Assembly: GCA_041666045.1 (NCBI GenBank)
Contig: JBAYHR010000003.1
Location: 2,208-66,207 of the forward strand
Reading direction: 5' to 3'
Origin: Minisyncoccota bacterium
Lineage (GTDB): Bacteria; Patescibacteriota; Minisyncoccia; Phycocordibacterales; UBA9973
Length of the DNA stretch: 64,000 bases
Within the stretch, counting starts at the first letter, position 1. Each line of letters starts with the position of its first letter. Made by a program: the position numbers and the translations under genes. Below the pieces are notes generated by a model, which saw only the letters and a program-made list of their open reading frames with translations, had not been told where the DNA came from and did not search any database. Shown here piece by piece: positions 51,178-61,060 of this stretch.

Positions 51178-52935
51178 ATGAACTCTCCAGTACAACAAAT
51201 TAAGGAGAGGCTTTCGATAGAAGATGTAGTCTCTTCATATATAAAATTAGATCGTGTTGGCTCAAATTTAAAAGCCAAATGTCCTTTTCACAATGAGAAA
51301 ACACCATCCTTTTTTATTTCTCCTGACCGGGGAGGCTATTATTGTTTTGGTTGCGGAGCAAAAGGAGATATTTTTACTTTTGTTGAAGAATTTGAAGGAC
51401 TTGATTTTAAAGGCACGCTTAAACTTTTAGCAGACAAAGCTGGAATTAAACTTGATGATTATAATTTTAAAGATGAAAGTGAAAAAGAAAAATTATACAG
51501 AGCGATGGAAGAAGCAACGAAGTTTTTTGAAAATAATTTAGTTGGGAATAAAGATGTATTAAATTATTTAAAATTACGTGGTTTAGAAGATAAAACGATA
51601 AAAAATTTCAGAATTGGTTTTGCAAATAATGATTGGCGTTTACTTTTTAATTATTTAAAATCAAAAAACTTTAGTGATAAAGAAATAGAACTTGCTGGGC
51701 TTGCTAAAAAACCTGATGACAAAAGCAAAGCCATGTATGATAGATTTAGGGGTAGAATAATGTTTCCAATTTCGGATTCAAGTGGGAGAGTGATAGCTTT
51801 TTCTGGAAGGATTTTTATTGACGACGGAAAGTCAGCAAAATATCTAAACAGTCCTGAAACTCCAATTTTTAGTAAGTCCGCAGTGTTATATGGTTTAGAT
51901 AAAGCAAAAGAATCAATTCGCAAGAATAATTTTTCTATTTTAGTTGAAGGACAATTTGATTTAATATTGTCTCATCAAGCAGGATTTAGGAATACAGTTG
52001 CCACTTCTGGCACAGCTCTTTCAGATTCTACTTTATCTAAAGAAAAAGTTGTTTCTAATTTAGGCTTGATTCGTCGTCTTTCAGGCAATATTGTACTCGC
52101 TTTTGATGCAGATAAAGCGGGATTTAGTGCGGTTAATCGTGCTAGTAAAATCGCTTTATCTTTTGGAATGGATGTGAAAGTGGCTTCTATGGATGATGGT
52201 GTTGATCCAGCTGATTTGATTTCTAAAGGTGGTAATGATAAATGGAAAGAAGCCATTAAAAATTCAAAACATATAATAGAATTTCTTTTAGATAAAGTTT
52301 TAAAAAATTACGGAAATGATATGCGTAAGGCCGGGAGAGAAATAAAAGAAAAAATATTACCTTATGTGAATGCTTTGGATAGTTCAATTGAAAAAATGCA
52401 TTTTATAAAAAAAATAAGTGATGCGTCTCAAATACCAGAACAAGCTTTAAAAGATGATTTGAAAAAAGTTGAAGAAGAATTAAAATATGAAATAAGAGAA
52501 ATAAAAGATATAAAAGAAGTTGAAAAAAATATTTTTAAAAAAGACAATATATTACACAGATTATTAGGAATAATACTTTGGCAAGAGACATTAGTAGAAA
52601 AAATAGTTGATTTTGAAAGTATTTTAAAAGAAATTGCAGATACTTTAAATAGTACATCAGAAAAAGTATTAGAAAAAACGAAAGATAATAGAGAAGACTT
52701 GATTTTTGAAGCAGAAGTTTTTTATGGCAAAGATGCTGATTTAAAAAAGGATGTTAGAGAATTACTTAATAATTTTAAAGAAGAATATTTAAAAGAAGAA
52801 TTATTTTGTAAAATGAAAGAATTGCATATATCTGAGATAGAGAAAGATAAGTTAAAATCAATTGAAATTTTAAAAGAAATAAATATTATAAATAATAAAA
52901 TACAAAATATTAAAAATGGTCGTTTAAATAAATAA
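51178..52935 (+). CDS. dnaG: DNA primase
   Basis: CPFHNEKTPSF, CFGC, FRGRIMFPI, KYLNSPET, VEGQFD, FDADKAG, DPAD. Confidence 0.96.
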   Translation: MNSPVQQIKERLSIEDVVSSYIKLDRVGSNLKAKCPFHNEKTPSFFISPDRGGYYCFGCGAKGDIFTFVEEFEGLDFKGTLKLLADKAGIKLDDYNFKDESEKEKLYRAMEEATKFFENNLVGNKDVLNYLKLRGLEDKTIKNFRIGFANNDWRLLFNYLKSKNFSDKEIELAGLAKKPDDKSKAMYDRFRGRIMFPISDSSGRVIAFSGRIFIDDGKSAKYLNSPETPIFSKSAVLYGLDKAKESIRKNNFSILVEGQFDLILSHQAGFRNTVATSGTALSDSTLSKEKVVSNLGLIRRLSGNIVLAFDADKAGFSAVNRASKIALSFGMDVKVASMDDGVDPADLISKGGNDKWKEAIKNSKHIIEFLLDKVLKNYGNDMRKAGREIKEKILPYVNALDSSIEKMHFIKKISDASQIPEQALKDDLKKVEEELKYEIREIKDIKEVEKNIFKKDNILHRLLGIILWQETLVEKIVDFESILKEIADTLNSTSEKVLEKTKDNREDLIFEAEVFYGKDADLKKDVRELLNNFKEEYLKEELFCKMKELHISEIEKDKLKSIEILKEINIINNKIQNIKNGRLNK

Positions 52936-52948
52936 AATTAATTTATGA

Positions 52949-53072
52949 ATCCCGTTAGAAATCAAAAAGTTAAGTAATTTTTCACGGGATAAATAATTAT
53001 GGAGTATATAAAAGTCATTATTAATAAATTAACTACGGAGATCTAAAGATTTCCTATTTCTAACGGGATGAA
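52949..53072. mobile_element. CCCGTTAGAAAT-family element supplying the rpoD start codon
   Basis: ATCCCGTTAGAAAT (52949-52962) / ATTTCTAACGGGAT (53056-53069) followed by GAA. Confidence 0.8.
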
Positions 53073-54279
53073 AAAAATAAAAGTAAAAAAAGTAAATAAG
53101 AAACCAAAAACAAAAGCTAAAAAAATTGTTAAAAAAGCTAAAAAAAGTATTAAGAAAGTAAAAAAAGTTTTATCAAAGAAAGATAATAATAAAAAATTAA
53201 CCGCAGCAGAAAAAAAAGTTAAAGAATTTACACATTTAGCAGATGAGCTTATAGAAAAGGGACGTAAAAGAGGATTTATCATCTATGATGAAATATTAAA
53301 AACTTTTCCTGATATTGAAAATAATATTTTATTTTTAGATGAACTTTATGAGAAATTTAGTGTTGTTGGTGTTGATGTTTTAGAAGGAGGTAATTTGCTT
53401 AATCTTGATAATGATATTAATGATAAGGATTTAAATAAATCAACTATTCATGATTCCATACAAATGTATCTTAAAGAAATCGGTCAATATCCGCTTATTC
53501 ATGCCAGTGACGAAAAAGATTTAGCAAAACGTATAGAAAATGGAGATGAAGAAGCAAAAAATTTACTTGCTCGCGCAAACTTACGTTTAGTTGTTTCAAT
53601 TGCAAAAAAATATGTTGGCAGAAGCGCCAATCTAAGTCTGCTTGATTTAATTCAAGAAGGGAATTTGGGTTTATTTAAGGCTGTTGAAAAGTTTGATTGG
53701 ACAAAAGGATATAAATTTTCCACTTATGCCACTTGGTGGATTCGTCAGTCTATAACTCGCGCATTAGCTGATCAATCTAGAACTATTCGTATTCCAGTGC
53801 ATATGGTTGAAACTATTTCAAAATATAAACAAGTGCACAGAAGACTTAGTCAGGATTTAGGCAGAGAGCCATTAGCAGAAGAAATTGCAACTGAAATGGG
53901 AATACCAGTTGAAAAAATTCATGTTATAGAAAATATAAGTCAGGAAACAATTTCACTTGAACAACCTATTGGAGATGATGACGATAAATCAACATTAGAG
54001 AATTTTATTCCAGATGATAAAATTTTGCGTCCAGATCAAGATTCTTCTCGCAGGATTCTTTCTGATCAAATTCGTGAAGTTTTAAATGAACTTAATCCAA
54101 AAGAAAGAAAAATTCTTGAAATGCGTTATGGCTTGATTGATGGTATACAGCATACATTAGAGAGAGTAGGGGAAGAATTTGGAGTTACTCGTGAGCGTAT
54201 TCGTCAGATTGAAGCAAAGGTGCACGAAAAACTTCGTCATCATGAAAAAATCGCTCGCTTAAAAAATTATTTTGATTAA
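53068..54279 (+). CDS. rpoD: Primary sigma factor RpoD with Lys-rich N-terminal extension
   Basis: [59 protein letters not shown]. Confidence 0.96.
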   Translation: MKKIKVKKVNKKPKTKAKKIVKKAKKSIKKVKKVLSKKDNNKKLTAAEKKVKEFTHLADELIEKGRKRGFIIYDEILKTFPDIENNILFLDELYEKFSVVGVDVLEGGNLLNLDNDINDKDLNKSTIHDSIQMYLKEIGQYPLIHASDEKDLAKRIENGDEEAKNLLARANLRLVVSIAKKYVGRSANLSLLDLIQEGNLGLFKAVEKFDWTKGYKFSTYATWWIRQSITRALADQSRTIRIPVHMVETISKYKQVHRRLSQDLGREPLAEEIATEMGIPVEKIHVIENISQETISLEQPIGDDDDKSTLENFIPDDKILRPDQDSSRRILSDQIREVLNELNPKERKILEMRYGLIDGIQHTLERVGEEFGVTRERIRQIEAKVHEKLRHHEKIARLKNYFD

Positions 54280-54363
54280 ATAAAAAGATTGTGAATTAGA
54301 CTACGAATTTGTTATAATTTACTTATAAATTTTTTATGTATGAACAAAATTTAACCACAAATC

Positions 54364-54382
54364 GAGAGAGAGAGAGAGAGAG
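54364..54382 (+). repeat. (GA)9G dinucleotide tract at the 5' end of the surface-protein gene
   Basis: GAGAGAGAGAGAGAGAGAG. Confidence 0.95.
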
Positions 54383-54405
54383 TAGCTTCAGCTCTAAAAA
54401 TATTT

Positions 54406-57400
54406 TTGGGTTGTTTTTTTATAATAATTTTTATTTTTGGATTGGTTGTTTTAACAAAAGTAAACGCTGATGCCGATCAAATATATTTGCATTATGCAGA
54501 TAATACAGCTGGAGCAAAAATTTTAGATATTTATCAAAAAAAAGCTAATGCTGGTACCAATTCTGATAAATGGTTCCGTTGGGAGTTTTTTCAATATACT
54601 AGTGACGCTTGGGATTTACAACAAAACTCGGTTGGTCATGTTTCTACCTTAGATCTACAAACAACTAGAGATGACTTTACTTATGTGAATGGTTCTGGCG
54701 ATGCAGGAACTTGGACTGATGTTACTGTTGGTAATATTGTGGCTAAACGAAGAATCTCTTCAACAAACTATGAACCATACAGTGCTTATGCCACCTATAC
54801 AGCTACTGATAACTATAATGATGTCTATTTAGGTGTTCATATGGTTGGTACTGTAGGTGGTGTGATAAGGGTAAAAATTAATGGTGTTGTTTCGACAAAT
54901 AATTTAGTTGGGTTAAATACCACTATGGGGTTAAATACAAATGGGGAATTCGACGAGGGACATTATTTAACAGACAATGTTAATCCTCGATGGATTCATA
55001 TTGCTACAAATATTAACACTGGTGATGTAATTACAATTGAAGTAAAAGGTAGTACTGACGCACACAATAGACATGACATCACTGGATTGAAATTATATAA
55101 GGATGCAAATCCAGGTGATGCCAATTGGGTCTATTTAAAATCTCATGATGTAATGGATAATCCAAGTGAACAATATGTGGCGATCAGTGGTAATATCCCC
55201 GGTCAAGCTGTTGGATATAAATTTGGAATTGCTCATGGACACGAATATAACGCGGCCATTACCATTAATTTAGATGGCACTGCTTATGTTTTAGATTCTG
55301 ATTTGTCATACAACCAAGTTATTATTGGAAATACTTTAGACATTACTGGCATTTCCACTTGTTATGGAGATACAAAAACTACTGATGATTTTGGTACTTT
55401 AACTCGAGCTATGGTATTTGAGGGGAATACTTTAATTGAATCGTGGGCATTAGCTTTTACTACCGATTTTCAAGTTGCAAATGTTTATACTACAATGTGG
55501 CCAGCCGATTATAGCACCGATAAATTATTTCGCTATGTAAAATTTAGTGATAATTTCGTTGTTGACCTTCCGAATGATGGGGTTGTTTTTCCAATGCAAG
55601 TTGGCCCAAGTGTTGCTAGTGGACGAATGGAATATTTTGGTGGAACAGCAAACTTAAAAGTTACCATACAAACTACCGCCCCATTGCAAGAAGAATGGAT
55701 TACAAATAATGGGCAAAAAAGTTATTTTCGTGGTTCTACAAATCACTATGTTGGTTCGTTCCATAATGGTGATTCTTTTAGCAGTACTGCTACTATCACT
55801 TTAAATTACGAAACTCCAACTGATGTAGATTGGTCTGGTAAAACTTTATATATTGCAAAAAATAAAACGATAAGTACGAATGATGATTTTGTTCCTTTTG
55901 ATGGTAAGGGTTTAGTAACAAAGTTTATGGCAGGTAGTAATCTAGGACTGACCTTTAATAATTTTGCACCAACAAAAACATATTTTACAAGTCAAGATGA
56001 TGACAGTATTGGAATTGAGGAACGAAGTTCTGACCACTCTCCAGCGAAAGAGGATTGGGCAGGAATTTCGGTGAGTGGTGTGGCTAGTGCTACTCATAAT
56101 ATATTTTCTTATGGTACAACAGGTTTAACTTTAATTGGTAATGCTAATGCATATAATAATAGTTTTAATCAAAACACCACAGGTATTAATGCCTCATCAG
56201 GTTCAACAGTAAGAAATAATGCGTTGGTAAATATTACAACTTATACAACTGGTGCAGGGGATTTTGATTACAATTATTTTTCAGGAAATACAGAAACTCA
56301 TGGTAAATCAGGTGATCCTTTATTTATTAATGCTACTAATGCGAATTTTTCACTACAATCAACCTCTCTTGCAATTAACTCAGGAACCAACGTTTCTCTC
56401 ACTAGTGATTATTTAGGAAACCCAATAGTAGGACTTCCAGATATAGGAGCATACGAATTCCAAGCTCCAACAGTACCAACTTCACTTTCTCAATACAAAT
56501 CAGATGGAACAACAGCAATAATTTCTGGAACTTTCACGAATGAAAATAGTGTTGTTTTGAAATTCAATATGTCTTCATCAGAATATAATTCATCTGATTC
56601 ACTAACTCCACAAGTCGAGATTCAAGAATTAGGTACTGCATTTACGAACATTGTTACTAACTCCGGAGATGCGGTTGCTTACTCAGGTTCGGGAGTAACA
56701 GGAACAGTTTTGGTTACTGGCTTAACGAGTGGCAAAACATATCATTGGCAAGCAAGAATAAGTAATTCGGCTGGACAAAGTTCCTGGGTTGCCATGGGAG
56801 GTAGTCCAGATTTTCAAGTTGATACAACAATTCCAGTAATTACCTTACTTGGGGAAAGTTCAATTACTTTAACAAATGAACAATCATACACAGATGCAGG
56901 AGCTACAGCGATAGACAACATTGATGGAGACATTACTTCTTCCATTATCACAGTTAATCCAGTAGACGTAACTGTACCAGGAACATATACTATAACTTAC
57001 AATGTTACAGATGCTACTTTAAACGTAGCCACAGAAGTAACAAGAACAGTACGAGTGGAAATTTCATCAAGTACTGGTAGTAGCGGTTATCTTTCAGGTT
57101 CCTATCTCCTAGGTTATTTACCAAAAGCAATATCAACTATAACTTCAAAAATAGAATCAACAACTTTAATAACAACTTCAACAATTTCTGAAATACAAAA
57201 AGTAACAAAAGATTTAAAGTTTGGAATGACAAACAAAGATGTAAAAACACTGCAACTATTTTTAATTAAGCAAAATAAAGGGTCAAACGCAAAAGCTTTA
57301 GCAAAATATAATGGAACTAATTATTTTGGAAAGTTAACAAGATCTGCTTTAGCAGAATGGCAGAAAGCAAATAAAGTAATTCCTTCATATGGATACTTTG

Positions 57401-57441
57401 GAAAAATAACCAGAGCGAAGATTAAATTGTTGAATTTGTAA
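54406..57441 (+). CDS. Large secreted/surface protein (beta-rich N-terminus, choice-of-anchor-Q-like, Ig-like DUF5011, C-terminal peptidoglycan-binding-like domain)
   Basis: Signal-like hydrophobic N-terminus; PDIGAYE; PVITLLG...YTDAGATA.D.IDGDIT...GTYTITYNVTD; DVKTLQ.FL..GYFG..TRA. Confidence 0.8.
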   Translation: MGCFFIIIFIFGLVVLTKVNADADQIYLHYADNTAGAKILDIYQKKANAGTNSDKWFRWEFFQYTSDAWDLQQNSVGHVSTLDLQTTRDDFTYVNGSGDAGTWTDVTVGNIVAKRRISSTNYEPYSAYATYTATDNYNDVYLGVHMVGTVGGVIRVKINGVVSTNNLVGLNTTMGLNTNGEFDEGHYLTDNVNPRWIHIATNINTGDVITIEVKGSTDAHNRHDITGLKLYKDANPGDANWVYLKSHDVMDNPSEQYVAISGNIPGQAVGYKFGIAHGHEYNAAITINLDGTAYVLDSDLSYNQVIIGNTLDITGISTCYGDTKTTDDFGTLTRAMVFEGNTLIESWALAFTTDFQVANVYTTMWPADYSTDKLFRYVKFSDNFVVDLPNDGVVFPMQVGPSVASGRMEYFGGTANLKVTIQTTAPLQEEWITNNGQKSYFRGSTNHYVGSFHNGDSFSSTATITLNYETPTDVDWSGKTLYIAKNKTISTNDDFVPFDGKGLVTKFMAGSNLGLTFNNFAPTKTYFTSQDDDSIGIEERSSDHSPAKEDWAGISVSGVASATHNIFSYGTTGLTLIGNANAYNNSFNQNTTGINASSGSTVRNNALVNITTYTTGAGDFDYNYFSGNTETHGKSGDPLFINATNANFSLQSTSLAINSGTNVSLTSDYLGNPIVGLPDIGAYEFQAPTVPTSLSQYKSDGTTAIISGTFTNENSVVLKFNMSSSEYNSSDSLTPQVEIQELGTAFTNIVTNSGDAVAYSGSGVTGTVLVTGLTSGKTYHWQARISNSAGQSSWVAMGGSPDFQVDTTIPVITLLGESSITLTNEQSYTDAGATAIDNIDGDITSSIITVNPVDVTVPGTYTITYNVTDATLNVATEVTRTVRVEISSSTGSSGYLSGSYLLGYLPKAISTITSKIESTTLITTSTISEIQKVTKDLKFGMTNKDVKTLQLFLIKQNKGSNAKALAKYNGTNYFGKLTRSALAEWQKANKVIPSYGYFGKITRAKIKLLNL

Positions 57442-57451
57442 ATAAAAACAT

Positions 57452-57494
57452 AAACTAAAAATCCTCCGACGTTACGTCGGAGGATTTTTAGTTT
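57452..57494. terminator. Perfect 21-bp inverted repeat, bidirectional terminator
   Basis: AAACTAAAAATCCTCCGACGT-T-ACGTCGGAGGATTTTTAGTTT between convergent genes. Confidence 0.85.
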
Positions 57495-57500
57495 TAATTA

Positions 57501-58187
57501 TTATAATATTTTATCAATTTTTTGAATTATGTTTTCAATTGGTTCTGCTCCGTCGATAGTATCAACAATTTTTCCATTTTTTAGGATGAAGCTTTTTGGA
57601 GTTCCATTTACACCAGCTTTATTTCCACTATCCATATCAGCTTGTACTTTTCCTTTTGTTTTTTCATTTGTAAGACAGTCATTAAATGAAATAAGATCAA
57701 GCCCAATATCTTTTGCAATTTTTGGAAGTTCTGTTACATCAAGTCTATTATTTGATGTTGTTCTTACATAAAGTTCATCAGTATATTTCCAAAAAGTATC
57801 ATTTCCACCTTGCTCTGATGCGCATTCCATTGCTACAGATTCATTGAAAGCTTTTGGATGAAGTTGCACAATTGGATAATGTCTATATACCCAAGCAACT
57901 TTTCCATCATATTTGGTAATAACTTGATACATTGTAGTGTGGAATATTTTACAGAAAGGACATTCGCTATCTGAATATTCAACTATCACAATTTTAGCAT
58001 CTGGATTTCCTAAAATATGATCATTTATTGAAACGGGTTCTATTTTTATATTTTTTATGTTAGCTTTATTATCTAGTGAGTTGGGGGCAACAGCAGTACT
58101 GCCTTTTAATAAAATAGCCCCAGCTATTATCAATCCAGCTATAATTATAGCCCCAGCTATTTGTTTTTGATTGTTATTTTTTTCCAT
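57501..58187 (-). CDS. DsbA-family thiol-disulfide oxidoreductase
   Basis: DHILGNPDA, EYSD.ECPFC, YRHYP, GVNGTP. Confidence 0.92.
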   Translation of the reverse strand: MEKNNNQKQIAGAIIIAGLIIAGAILLKGSTAVAPNSLDNKANIKNIKIEPVSINDHILGNPDAKIVIVEYSDSECPFCKIFHTTMYQVITKYDGKVAWVYRHYPIVQLHPKAFNESVAMECASEQGGNDTFWKYTDELYVRTTSNNRLDVTELPKIAKDIGLDLISFNDCLTNEKTKGKVQADMDSGNKAGVNGTPKSFILKNGKIVDTIDGAEPIENIIQKIDKIL

Positions 58188-58257
58188 AAATTTTTAAATT
58201 TAATATTAATATTTTATTATAGCATATTTATTTTTTATGTTATACTTTTAATAAATT

Positions 58258-59553
58258 ATGAATATAATTTCAGGAATAGTATTTGTTTTAACCTTTTTAT
58301 CTGTATATGTGCAGGTTTTTTTTCTTATTACCTTTTTAGAAAGAAAAAAAAATATCCTTATTAGGACTGGTTCAATAGAGCTAGATGAATATCCTGGGGT
58401 TACAATAATTGTCCCTTGTTATAATGAAGAGAAAACAATAACTATTACAATTAATTCGTTGTTAAATTTAGATTATCCAAAAGACAAACTGCAATTATTT
58501 ATTGTTGATGATGGAAGTAAAGACAATACTTGGCAAGTGATTCAAGAATTTACAAAATATGAAAATATAAAAGTTTTTCATAAAAAAAATGGAGGAAAGT
58601 ACACTGCTCTTAATTTAGGACTTGAAAAAGTTGAAACTCCTTTTCTTGGTTGTCTTGATTCAGATTCTTTTGTTGATTCTCAAGCATTAAAAAGAATTAT
58701 GACTTATTTTTATGATAAAGACACAATGGCAGTAGCGCCCTCTATTATAGTGGATAAACCAAAGAATATTTTACAAGGAGCGCAAAAAGCAGAATATGAT
58801 ATGGCTGTTTATAATAAAAAAATGTTGGCTTTCTTGGGAGGGATACATGTTACTCCAGGACCTTTTTCAATTTTTAGAAAAAAAGTTTTTGAAGATTTAG
58901 GTCCTTATAGACATGCTCATAATACTGAAGATCAAGAAATAGCGCTTCGTATGCAAGAGCATCATTATAAAATTGAACATTGTCCTGATGCTTATGTTTA
59001 TACTATTGCTCCAAATACTGTTAAAAAATTATATCGTCAAAGATTAAGGTGGATTTATGGTTTTATAAGAAATGCGATAGATTATAGAAGACTTCTTTTT
59101 AGAAAAAAATATGGGACAATAGCTTTTTTTACATTACCTTCTGGAATAATATCAGTTTTATCTGTTATTTTTTTATTTATAATGTTGTCTTATAATTTGA
59201 TTAATTTTATTGTTCGTAAAGTAATACAAATTAATGTAGTTGGTATAAGTAATAGTTTTTCAGGTTCTAGTTTTGATCTATTTTTTTTTGATACAAAAAC
59301 AATAGTATTTATTTCAATTATTTTGTATACTTCAATTATAATATCTCTTCTTTTAGGAAGAAGTATATTAGAAGGGAAACCGCGTGTTTCTTTTGATATG
59401 TTTTATTTTATGATTATTTATAGTGTAATTGCGCCATTTTGGATTCTAAAGGCACTTTTTAATGCTGTAAGATCCAAAGAATCAAGCTGGACTCTTGAAA
59501 TAGATAAAAGAGATGCTAGAATGGTTAAACAAAAAAATGCAACAACAATTTGA
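58258..59553 (+). CDS. Processive glycosyltransferase family 2
   Basis: VPCYNEE, DDGS.D, GGK..ALN, LDSDS, TED, QRLRW, flanking TM helices. Confidence 0.9.
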   Translation: MNIISGIVFVLTFLSVYVQVFFLITFLERKKNILIRTGSIELDEYPGVTIIVPCYNEEKTITITINSLLNLDYPKDKLQLFIVDDGSKDNTWQVIQEFTKYENIKVFHKKNGGKYTALNLGLEKVETPFLGCLDSDSFVDSQALKRIMTYFYDKDTMAVAPSIIVDKPKNILQGAQKAEYDMAVYNKKMLAFLGGIHVTPGPFSIFRKKVFEDLGPYRHAHNTEDQEIALRMQEHHYKIEHCPDAYVYTIAPNTVKKLYRQRLRWIYGFIRNAIDYRRLLFRKKYGTIAFFTLPSGIISVLSVIFLFIMLSYNLINFIVRKVIQINVVGISNSFSGSSFDLFFFDTKTIVFISIILYTSIIISLLLGRSILEGKPRVSFDMFYFMIIYSVIAPFWILKALFNAVRSKESSWTLEIDKRDARMVKQKNATTI

Positions 59554-60226
59554 TTTTAAAAGATATATAATAGTTTTTTTTATAACTCTTGGCCTGTTTT
59601 TGACAGCTGTATATTTGAGTAATTATTTTAGTGATAAAAAATTAAATCAATTAAAATCCATTCAAGATAAAATTTCTATTGATATATTATCTTCAGAAAC
59701 TCAATTTTCTCTTCTTTCGGAGCTTTCATGTAAGAATGTTTCAGATTCTGTTTTATCAGGTGAGTTGAGTGAATTGGGACAGAAAATAGAATGGGGTCAG
59801 AATAATATTGGTACAACAGAAGAATTATTATATTTGAAAAAATATTATTCTCTGCTTCAAATAAAAGACTATATTTTAATGAAAAAAATTTCTAGTAGGT
59901 GCGGAAAGAAATCTGCATTTATTTTATATTTTTATACAACAGCGCAAAATTGCAGTGAATGTGAAAAAGAAAGTATTGTGCTTACAACACTTCGTGATAA
60001 ATATCCAGAATTACGGGTTTATTCTTTTGATTACAGCACTGATCTTTCTGCTCTAAAAGCTATGTTAGATATATATAAAATACAAGATACAAAACTTCCT
60101 GCTCTTGTGATTGACGATAATCTTTTAACTGGATTTCACTCAATGGATGAATTAGAGTCTATGGTTAAAGAATCTTTTAAACTTCAAGATATAAAAACAA
60201 TAGACGAGAAAAAGACTGTTAAATAA
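59537..60226 (+). CDS. Membrane-anchored thioredoxin-fold protein
   Basis: N-terminal TM helix, LYFY..NCSEC, LPALVID. Confidence 0.6.
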   Translation: MQQQFDFKRYIIVFFITLGLFLTAVYLSNYFSDKKLNQLKSIQDKISIDILSSETQFSLLSELSCKNVSDSVLSGELSELGQKIEWGQNNIGTTEELLYLKKYYSLLQIKDYILMKKISSRCGKKSAFILYFYTTAQNCSECEKESIVLTTLRDKYPELRVYSFDYSTDLSALKAMLDIYKIQDTKLPALVIDDNLLTGFHSMDELESMVKESFKLQDIKTIDEKKTVK

Positions 60227-60323
60227 GGATCTTTTTTCTATTGATTTTTAATAATATATAGTATATAATAGTTTTTGGTATTTTAAATTTGTTCTTTTAT
60301 ATAAACTTAAAAACTATTAAAAA

Positions 60324-60872
60324 ATGGGGAAAAATTCTATTGCTATCTCAGCTCAACTGAAACAGTACGGTTTTACTGGTAGTCATTTTAGTGATTTTAT
60401 TTCAAACAATAATGAAATTTTTGAAATAAGAAATTGTATATCTATGGAAATTCCTGATGGTGAATTTGGTGAAAAGGAATTTTTAGAAAGATTACAAAAT
60501 AAGGGTTTAAAGAAGTTTGTTTTTTGTGATGATTTTAAAAAATATTTGAAATCTTGCAAAACAAGGCTTTTATCAAGGAAAATTTTAATAACGTCCTGTT
60601 GTTTAAAGAAACAATTGGATGATAGTAAAATTTTACCAAAAGATAATCATTTTAATCATTCAGATATATTATGGATCATTAGTCATTTAATTACAGAGAC
60701 AGAAGAACTAAACATAAAAAATATGTATCCTAATATTTTTTATGTTAAACAAGGATTTAGTTTTTTTGTAATTATCGTTTATTTTACTAAAGAAAATAAT
60801 CTTTGTATAGGTAAATTTTCTTTAGGTGAACATAAGCCATATAAGAAAGATTCATATTTATTTCTAAACTGA
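60324..60872 (+). CDS. Hypothetical protein (stand-alone ORFan cassette)
   Basis: Own TTGATT-N17-TATAAT promoter and terminator; YPNIFYV motif. Confidence 0.7.
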   Translation: MGKNSIAISAQLKQYGFTGSHFSDFISNNNEIFEIRNCISMEIPDGEFGEKEFLERLQNKGLKKFVFCDDFKKYLKSCKTRLLSRKILITSCCLKKQLDDSKILPKDNHFNHSDILWIISHLITETEELNIKNMYPNIFYVKQGFSFFVIIVYFTKENNLCIGKFSLGEHKPYKKDSYLFLN

Positions 60873-60888
60873 TTATATTTAATTTTTT

Positions 60889-60921
60889 AAAAACCTAGAA
60901 CTTGAAGTTCTAGGTTTTTTT
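60889..60921 (+). terminator. Intrinsic terminator
   Basis: AAAAACCTAGAACTT-G-AAGTTCTAGGTTTTT. Confidence 0.8.
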
Positions 60922-61060
60922 CTTGTAAATAAAGGATTATATATATAAATAAATAACTTATCCACAGTTATTTTGTTATATTATTAGTATAAGAGTAAAA
61001 TATAAGGTAGGTCTAATAATCTTAAAAATAATTTGTTTTAAAAATTAAGAATAATCTAGT

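Noticed and set aside
60958-60966. DnaA boxes TTATCCACA (also 18442-18450) as oriC
   Set aside because: Isolated single boxes, one inside a terminator stem; no cluster and no dnaA nearby.
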